Origin: Nemertoderma westbladi
Lineage: Eukaryota; Animalia; Xenacoelomorpha
Reading direction: 5' to 3'
DNA length: 38,774 nt
NCBI GenBank assembly: GCA_032718475.1
Contig: JAUCBJ010001868.1
Location: 1 to 38,774, forward strand
The notes under the pieces were generated by a model that was not told the DNA's origin, made no database searches, and worked only from the letters and a program-made list of their open reading frames with translations. The position numbers and the translations under genes are program-made. Position 1 is the stretch's first letter. Every line of letters starts with the position of its first letter. Positions 21,431-29,729 of the stretch are shown piece after piece.

Positions 21431-22674
21431 ATGTCAATTATTAAGGAATTAGATTTATTTTCTACACAGCCAATACAGACTGAATTTAAAGCAAAGCATT
21501 ATGAAACAATTTACCCAGTATCCAATCTCCGAAGTGAATCTAGGGAGGTCACGTTCCTTGTACCGAGATCCAATGAATTTTATACGAAACTGCAAGATGC
21601 GTTATTAATTACAAAATGTACTGTACGGTGGGATAGATGAGTTGAAAACTCTCATATATATATGCTGAATTACCCTTCTGGGACTATGTGGAGTGATATT
21701 AAAATAGACCTTAATGAGAAGCAGGTTGAAAATAGCAATAACCATTATTTCTACAAGTCGTACTTATCCTATTTACTATTTACAACATACGAGTCTGGGC
21801 GGGTGGTTTTCATCAGCCTTTATCAGAACACGGAAATGAAATTAATGCTGGTGCGCATCCTATTGGCGAAGCCTTTAGTAAACAAATGCAATTTGTAAGT
21901 GGATTGACGATTGATTTTGATACTGAAACTAAAATAATACAACCCGGGTATGATTTAAGAATGCATTTTAGAAAAGTATCAAATTCGTTTATTTTTAAAA
22001 TTACTCCAAACGCAAACGCTGTGACAAATCTTCGGCTAGAATTAGATGAAGTAAAGATCCTAATCCCTAGAATGGAGGTTAATCCGGTAATAGAAAGCAG
22101 TCATCTAAAAGGTTTAGAGAGCTACGATATTGAATATCAATTTCAAAAGAAAGAGGTTACTACATTTACTATTCCCGCGCAAACCACAAATTACACCCAA
22201 ACAAACATATTTGATGGTAAAAAACCCAAATTAGTTATTATCGGTTTTATAACTAATAACGCTTATTCGGGAGAATTAACTAGCAATCCCTTGAAATTTG
22301 AACATTTTAACCTTAGACGTGCGGAACTGATTGTAGACGGTCTTCCAGTAGGTGGAGTAATATACGAGCCTAATTTTACAGATGGAACATACATTTTTGA
22401 GTATACACAATTAATGAAGAACATTAATACATATATTAACGGTTATGGGGGTAATAATATAGACCATGAAACCTACTTAGGTAATTGCCCTCTTATATCC
22501 TGGGACCTAACCGCCGACGGCTATGTTAGAGATCCTCAACCCTCGATATATACCAATGGACAATTAAAATTAAGATTTGCCGAACCGTTGGTTGAGACCA
22601 TAAATGTAATCGTTTTTAATATTTATGATCAATCATTAAGTTTAAATAGCAGGAAAGAAATACATATCAATTAA
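21431..22674 (+). pseudogene. Major capsid protein (double jelly-roll, Polinton PY-like), disrupted
   Basis: KELDLFSTQPIQT..YPVSNL ... PKLVIIGF..N.AY.G....NP.KFEHFNL..WDLT..L.FAEPL.ETINVIV; in-frame TGA at 21638-21640 and a frameshift near 21800. Confidence 0.85.
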
Positions 22675-22676
22675 GT

Positions 22677-23129
22677 ATGTTATCTACAGAGGACCTTGAT
22701 ATGTTTCTAGTGGGTGGTCACTATTTGGGCGCGTTTCCAGCTAATAAATTACCTAAATTAGATATTAATAAGCGGAGAGATTATGGGTTAATAGTAAATA
22801 CCGATAAAGAGCATCTTCCCAGGGTTCATTGGATCGCTATATATATACGAGATAATGAGGCTGAATTATTTGATTCGTTTGGATCAAAATATCCAAACAG
22901 ATGCATCGAATAATGGCTTGAGAAAAATTCCGCAAGATGGCGTACTACCCGCAAACAATTTCAAGACCCCAGGAGGACTACATGCGGCCTATACTGTCTC
23001 TATTACTTGGTAAATCGAATTGACACAAACTATCCAATGAGAGCGTTTACAAATAATGTAGAAATAAATGAAATAATATTATATAAATGGCTTGTTAATT
23101 ATTATAAAATAAACCAACAAGCGTTGTAA
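22677..23129 (+). pseudogene. Adenain-like cysteine maturation protease with one premature stop
   Basis: GAFPANKLP..IVNTD..HWIAI..FDSFG, TAA at 22911-22913, then the same frame continues QFQD...TTCGLYCLYYL. The His/Asp/Gln/Cys catalytic set is present. Confidence 0.9.
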
Positions 23130-23160
23130 TTAATCATTTAGCTTTTGTTTATCAGATAAA

Positions 23161-23490
23161 ATGGATAATATTATTTTTGTTGATTTTCAATACTATAAGA
23201 TAGACAATAAGGCATATCCAGTAGTATTTAAAGAATTTGCTATATTCGATTCTAATTACACCAAAACTAATGTAAAGACGTTTTTAATTAAAGGTCCTCC
23301 TAATATTAAGTTATCTGCATTAGATGTAGCCCACGTAAACAATTTACGGGACATGACTTCGCATTTACCATGGGATTACGGCGACATTTCTCAAGATGAC
23401 TTTAAAAAATACATGAAGAGACATTTAAAATATAAAAAAAATATATATGTATTTGGGTTGATGAAGCAGGCAATATTAGTTTCCCAACTT
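23161..23490 (+). CDS. DEDD/DnaQ-like nuclease-fold protein, C-terminally truncated
   Basis: IIFVDFQ..VFKEFAI..FLIK.P..HLPWDYGDI..IYVFG..K pattern, like the small exonuclease-like ORFs of Polinton-type elements; similarity is lost after about 23490. Confidence 0.55.
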
Positions 23491-23579
23491 GATGTTCTCG
23501 CACCAAATTCGATGGAGAAATTGGGAATGACAGAACGACAGAACGACAGAACAACAGGTTGATTAATGGTACCACTACG

Positions 23580-23835
23580 CTAAGGCTCACTCACTTCGTG
23601 GCTCGCCCCACATTTGGAATTACTAATGACGGATTGGTCAGGCCAGGAATCATGGTTTGTTAACCAATCAGGTCCCTTTCTCCATAAAGTTGAGTTCAGC
23701 AGTATTTTCGCTGAGACTCCACGAAACAGAAGATCGCTAGGATTGTCATCCGTAGGTAAATGATAAAAATTCCCATTGGGAAGCAGTTTATTTACTGCAT
23801 TCACTCGACTGCGCACATATTGACTATTTATATCT
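23580..23835 (-). mobile_element. BEL/Pao LTR-retrotransposon fragment (RNase H C-terminal region)
   Basis: YVRSRV..YHLPTDDNPSDLLFRG..LWRKGPDWL matches the Pao motif FV.NRV..HV.T..NPAD..SRG..WW.GP.WL. Confidence 0.75.
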
Positions 23836-23869
23836 ACTTTATTTAGTTCTACATACAGTATAAATTTTA

Positions 23870-25450
23870 CGACATATTGCCTGATAACTTTATAGAAGTA
23901 AAAGTGTCTGAGTCTGTACTCCCAGATATTCCCATTGGCGATATCTCCTTTGCAGAAGTGAAGGCTGCTGCAAAGAGCATTAAGACCAATCGTGCCAGTG
24001 GAGTTGATGGTGTTCCCCCTGAGGTCTTTAAAATACCTGAGTGTTTAAAGCTCATCTATCCCATCATAGTAGACATGTACCGAACAACAAGAGTCCCAGA
24101 AGAAATGAAAACAAATAAGTTGGTGCCAGTTCCTAAGAAGGGCAACCTAACACTCTATGGTTCTTTTCGGGGATTCTCATTGATCTCGATTGCTGCAAAG
24201 CTATACAATAGGATTCTATTAAATCGCATCAGGGATCCCATTGAGAGACTGCTCCGTGGAAATCAGAATGGATTCCGTAAAGGTCGTGGGACCATGGAGC
24301 CCATTTTGGCACTTAGAAGGATAATTGAAGAATTATCAAAAAAGAAAGACAGGCATCTGGCTGTTATCTTTGTTGACTTCTTCAAGGCCTTTGATTCAGT
24401 CTCTCTCTCTCGTATGTTCAGCATACTTTCATTATATATGATTCCTGATGAAATTATTGCAGCAATCCGATCAGTATACGATGGTTCGACAACATTTGTG
24501 TATACTGTTGATGGTGACACAGAACCATTTGAAGTGTTATGGGGCGTCCTCCAAGGAGACACACTTGCACCATTCATGTTCATTATTGTGGTTGACTATG
24601 TTATACGCATGTCCTTAGATCATCATAATGATGATGGGGTGATGATAACTCCACCTACTGGCTCCAGAAGTCGAGGAAATCCTGCTAAGTACCTAACTGA
24701 TCTAACGGCTCCTGAGCTCATTAGAACATGCTGCTTCTAGTGTTGGTCTTTTTATTAACTCCAGTAAGACCAAAACTTGACAGTTAACTTTGAAAGTCCT
24801 CAGCAAGTCTCTGATCGGATGAGCATAACCTCAAAGGATGGTATGCTTGAGCATGTGGTCGACTTCTGTTACCTGGGATCATGGATCCGGAAGTCAAGTG
24901 AGGACCTTCTAATACGTAAGGTAAAGGCATGGGCAGCCTTGAATAGGCTTTCCAGGATTTGGAAGTCACCAAGAATTAATCGGAAACTTAAGGTCCGATT
25001 ATTTAGAGCAGCAGTAGTTCCAGTACTCCTCTATGGGAGTCCATGCTGGGCTCTAACTGCTGAGGACACCAAATCTCTGGATGGCACATTCACAAGAATG
25101 CTACGCCGGGTTCATTGTGTCAAGTACAATGCACACATCTCCAACCAGACACTATATAACATTGGAGGTGTCTCATTGGTTCCCCCACACAAGAACAAAA
25201 TCGCCTCCGCTTTGCAGGACATTGCTTTCGCCGTGAGGACCAGCCAGTGCATAATCTTGTACTTTAGCAGCCTCATGGAGTGAATAAGCATGGTGGACAG
25301 CCCTGACTTTCTTGAGACGCATCTTAAAGGACACTGGCCTTGAAGATGCGTATGATCTAGCAAATGTCATGGGTGATATGGAGTTGTGGCGGGGCAATTT
25401 TGTCGACAAGCCGGCACAGCATTCATGCCGATCCTAGTAGTAGTAGTAGT
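23870..25450 (+). mobile_element. 3' part of an RTE-like LINE: inactivated reverse transcriptase to (AGT)n tail
   Basis: ASGVDG.P.EV.K, PVPKKG.L, QNGFRKGR, FVDF.KAFDSV, GVLQGDTLAPF.F. The (Y/F)ADD motif is deleted near 24705. Then F.YLGS, VLLYG..W, FAGHC remnant and tail CCTAGTAGTAGTAGTAGT. Confidence 0.9.
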
Positions 25451-25454
25451 ATTA

Positions 25455-25720
25455 TTAGCTGCCCAATCAGCAGCCCTAGCGCCCCGGAATGAAGTGCCAG
25501 GCCTCATCCCAGGTTCCCGCAGCCGCCCTACTGACATTTTCCTACCGAATTGGCATCACGGTCGCCCAATGGCCCTAGATGTCACAGTGATTTCCTCCCT
25601 GCAGGCCCGAACTGTAGATGGTGCTGTTGACGCAGGCCACGCCCAATCCATCGCCAGAGACCGCAAGCTTGCTGCTCACTTTGATGAGTGCAGGAAATCC
25701 GGAACCGGCTTCACCAACCC
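25455..25720 (+). mobile_element. Fragment of a CRE-like non-LTR retrotransposon (restriction-like endonuclease domain)
   Basis: EVPGL...SRPTDIFLPNW..GRPMALDVTVIS.LQ..A...K fits the RPAD..DV REL motif. Confidence 0.65.
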
Positions 25721-26039
25721 AGTAGTACGACTTATTCTTTAGTTGGGGGTTTACCTTACAGCATTGGCTGCCCCTACTTCCTAACCGTTCTTTATCGGAC
25801 AGGTGCTCTACACACACTGAAATCCGTTCAGACTTAACAGCAATCAGACAACAGCTCAGCCTACAAATTGTCTGTACAATCTGATCAGGTTTACACGCCT
25901 TCTGTTCAATACTGGCCTACAAACAAATAAAACTGACAGAAATAAGTAAGCTCCAAAAGAAACAAGGGGTGTACAGTCCCTAATCTCTTAAACAGCCTAC
26001 CGGTATACAACAATCAAGTCGAATAATACTAATGTACTT

Positions 26040-26170
26040 ATACGGAAGTACCGGTTAGGACAGTTAGGCCTACGGACCTACAGAAGTACCGGTTCTGGCA
26101 GTTGGACCTACGGACCTACGGCAGTACCGGTTCTGGCAGTTGGGCCTACTGACCTACTGAAGTACCGTTC
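26040..26170 (+). repeat. ~38-bp degenerate tandem repeat
   Basis: CCTACGGACCTAC(A/G)G(A/C)AGTACCGGTTCTGGCAGTTGG, about 3.5 units. Confidence 0.7.
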
Positions 26171-26661
26171 AGGTTTACCGGTTGACCGGTACTTTCAACT
26201 TTATTGCTTACTGCAATAAAGAAGCTATATCCGTTATATCCCAAAGCCGCTCTCTCTTGGCTTAGGAAAGAATCACAACAACACTGAAAACTGATAAGAA
26301 CAACCTTATTTACAAAGGCTTCCACACACCACAGAGAATGAGCATAAAGATAGGAAATTCAGTTCAGTAGCTCTGTGATAGGTCGAAATCAAAATCAACT
26401 CAAATCCTATTGGCAGATACAGAAAGCAGGGCTATGGAGCAACGTGGCAATATCAGCCGTTAGCCGTCGTCATGGTAGCGACACTGTTTTCAAGAGTATC
26501 GAGCTTTTTACGTCATGAAATTGCAGATTATGTCCTCTAAAGTACAAATACAGAAGAAATGGCTTTTATGTCCTCCAAAACACCAGTACAGCAAGGACAC
26601 GGCCCTTTTATGCCTGGTAAACCAACCACAGAGTACTTTACGGGGATAATAACCGGCTATT

Positions 26662-27928
26662 TCCACGAAGCTAAGGAAAATCAACTACTTTCGCTAAGAA
26701 AGATTTTCCTTAGCTGAGATGGTCTATTCATAGTGGGCTATTTTACTTGTGTGAGGCAGATTTGGTTTTTTTTGATAGGTGAAAAAACTAGCCTTTAAAA
26801 GTACCCTGAAATTTTGCATGTATATACTACTCGTCGAGGCGCATCTTTTGGGCTGGGTCTCATATCCAGGAAAAATCTGGTTTCCATGGCAACGGACTTA
26901 GAAAAAAGTCTATGTATTTCAAGTCAATATTTAAAACTCTATTTGTAGGAAAACTATAATAGATATAAACTTGGGGTTTCTCAACACAACTATAAGGTCC
27001 ATAGCAGAGCCGATTGAGGTTAAATAGAAAATCCAGTTACCTTGGCAACCGGGCTAGACAGATGTTAAAATTTATAAAATGTTAATTTGAAGCCTAAGGT
27101 TAAGGTGTTATGACTTGGGACCAACCCCTACCCCCACTATATAACTTATTCTGCATCCGAATTACATTGTTCTATTTTTCAGTTACCATGACAACCGCTG
27201 AAAACATATGTTTTTATTCAAAACTTATTCATTTGGACATAGACTTCACGATAAAATTTTACAAAACTGGGTATGTGTTATCTGGACCACGAGTTGGAAC
27301 TTTTAGTGAAACTTAAATTATTCCAGAAATTTAGTTACCATGGTAACTGTAGTTTATTAAACTCTATATCATTCAAATCTATATTGATAACTCTATTTGT
27401 AGCAAAACTGTAATATATATAAACTTGGGGTTTTGCAACTCATCTATAAGATCCATATCCAAGCCGTTTGAGGTTAATTAGAAAATACAGTTACCATAGC
27501 AACAAGTCTAAACAGATGTTAAAATTTATAAAATGATAATTTGAAGCACAAGTTAATAGTATTATGACTTGGGACTAACCCCTACCCCCACAATATGACT
27601 TATTCTGCATCCGAATTACATTGTTCTATTTTTCAGTTTCCATGACAACCACTGCAAACAGATGCAATTTGATAGAAAATCGGTAATCTGGACATAAACT
27701 ACAATATTTTCTGAAACTCAGTATATGTGTTATCTGAACCACAATCTGTACTGAATTTTTTTTCAAAGGTTAAAGCAACAGTTCCAGAGAACTCTAGTTT
27801 CCATGGGAATAGAAGTTAATTATTGACAATTGCTACTAAGCGAGGCTAAGCAACGAACCAAAGTGTGGCCGTTTGTTTAATTTTCCTTAGCTTCGTGGTT
27901 GCATTTCCTTTAGGAAATGCCTTTCTCG
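26662..27928 (+). mobile_element. Non-autonomous Helitron/Helentron-like element, copy A (full, CTCG end)
   Basis: Starts TCCACGAAGCTAAGGAAAAT; its inverted complement is at 27880-27898; hairpin GCATTTCC-TTTA-GGAAATGC at 27901-27920; ends CTTTCTCG|T. Confidence 0.8.
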
Positions 27929-28137
27929 TACGCAAAAGCTTTTACACTTACTGAGCGCATTAGGGGATATGCGTACAAATAACCGGCCCTTATGAGGCTT
28001 CGATTGGGTAAATTAATAAAACATAAGGTTGTATAGTATAATATTCTATAAACCAGTGTGATATTAAATGCACTTTAAATAATAAATAGAAATCAAATAA
28101 CAATTGGACCACACAATTAAAAACTCGCGCAATTTTG

Positions 28138-29409
28138 TCCACGAAGCTAAGGAAAATCAACTACTTTCGCTAAGAAAGATTTTCCTTAGCTGAGATGGTG
28201 TATTCATAGTGGGCTATTTTACTTGTATGGAGCAGATTTAGTGTTTTTTGGTCGGGGAAAAAACTAGCCTTTAAAAGTACCCTGAAATTTTGCATGTATA
28301 TACAACTCATCAAGGCGCGTCGTGTGGGATGGGTCTCATCTCCAGGAAAAATCTGGTTTCCATGGCAACGGACTTAGAAAAAAGTCTATGTATTTCAAGT
28401 CAATATTTGTAACACTATTTGTAGGAAAACTATAATACATATAAACTTGGGGTTTCTCAACACAACTATAAGGTCCATAGCAGAGCCGATTGAGGTTAAA
28501 TAGAAAATCCAGTTACCTTGGCAACCGGGCTAAACAGATGTTAAAATTTTTAAAATGTTAATTTGAAGCCTAAGGTTAAGGTGTGATGACTTGGGACCAA
28601 TCCCTACCCCCACTATATAACTTATTCTGCATCCGAATTACATTGTTCTATTTTTCAGTTACCATGACAACTGCTGAAAACAGATGTTTTTATTCAAAAC
28701 TTATTCATTTGGACATAGACTTCACGATAAAATTTTACGAAACTAGGTATGTGTTATCTGGACCACTAGTTGGAACTTTTAGTGAAACTCAAAACATTCC
28801 AGAAATATCTAGTTACCATGGTAACTGTAGTTTTTTTAAAGTTATATATCATTCAAGTCTATAATCATAACTCTATTTGGAGAAAAACTGTAATATATAT
28901 AAACTTGGGGTTTTGCAACTCATCTATAAGGTCCATATACAAGCCGTTCGAAGTTAATTAGAAAATCCATTTACCATAGCAACAAGAGTAAACAGATGTT
29001 AAAATTAATAAAATGATAATTTGAAGCACAATTTAATAGTACAGTATTATGACTTGGGACCAACACCTACCCCCACTATATGACTTATTCTGCATCCGAA
29101 TTACATTGTTCTATTTTTCAGTTTCCATGACAACCACTGCAAACAGATGCATTTTGATAGAAAATCTGTAATTTGGACATAAACTACAATATTTTCTGAA
29201 ACTCGATGTGTTATCTGAAAAACAATCTGGACTGAATCTTTTTTCAAAGGTAAAACCAACAGTTCCAGAGAACTCTAGTTTCCATGGGAATAGAAGTTAT
29301 TTATTGGCAAATGCTACTAAACTAGGCTAAGCAACGAACCAAATTGTGGCCGTTTGTTTAATTTTCCTTAGCTTCGTGGTTGCATTTCCTTTAGGAAATG
29401 CCTTTCTAG
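28138..29409 (+). mobile_element. Same element, copy B (full, CTAG end)
   Basis: Same termini and internal sequence as copy A. Confidence 0.8.
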
Positions 29410-29729
29410 TACTTATTATATCGCTTCAAATTAATTCAACAGTGGATATTTGGGGGAAGGGGGAAGTTACAGTGTGAATTCGGGGGAAGTTTGGTGAACT
29501 GCATTTATGCAGTGAATCCAAACTTCCCCCTTTGATATATCATATACTTAAGACATGCTAGGGTGACGGGGAAATATTTGTTACTGTCACACTTTGCTTC
29601 CATTTATCCTATCCTTTATTATTACCCCAGTCAGATAAGAGATAATAAATCAGTAAAAACTAAACTAAACTGTCTTTCATGCAAACAAATTTCTAACTAA
29701 AGACGGGCGAATGACCACGACCATGGAAA

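Larger units (their letters stand above)
14300..23490 (+). mobile_element. Endogenous Polinton/Maverick (adintovirus-like) element, incomplete; boundaries approximate
   Basis: AT-rich, intronless, co-oriented cluster of packaging ATPase, rve integrase, minor capsid proteins, major capsid protein and adenain-like protease. No pPolB, TIR or TSD seen. Confidence 0.9.

Noticed and set aside
26662-27928. Classical MITE interpretation of the 1.27-kb repeat
   Set aside because: The right inverted repeat is ~30 bp inside the conserved end, a hairpin follows it, and the nested insertion shows no TSD.
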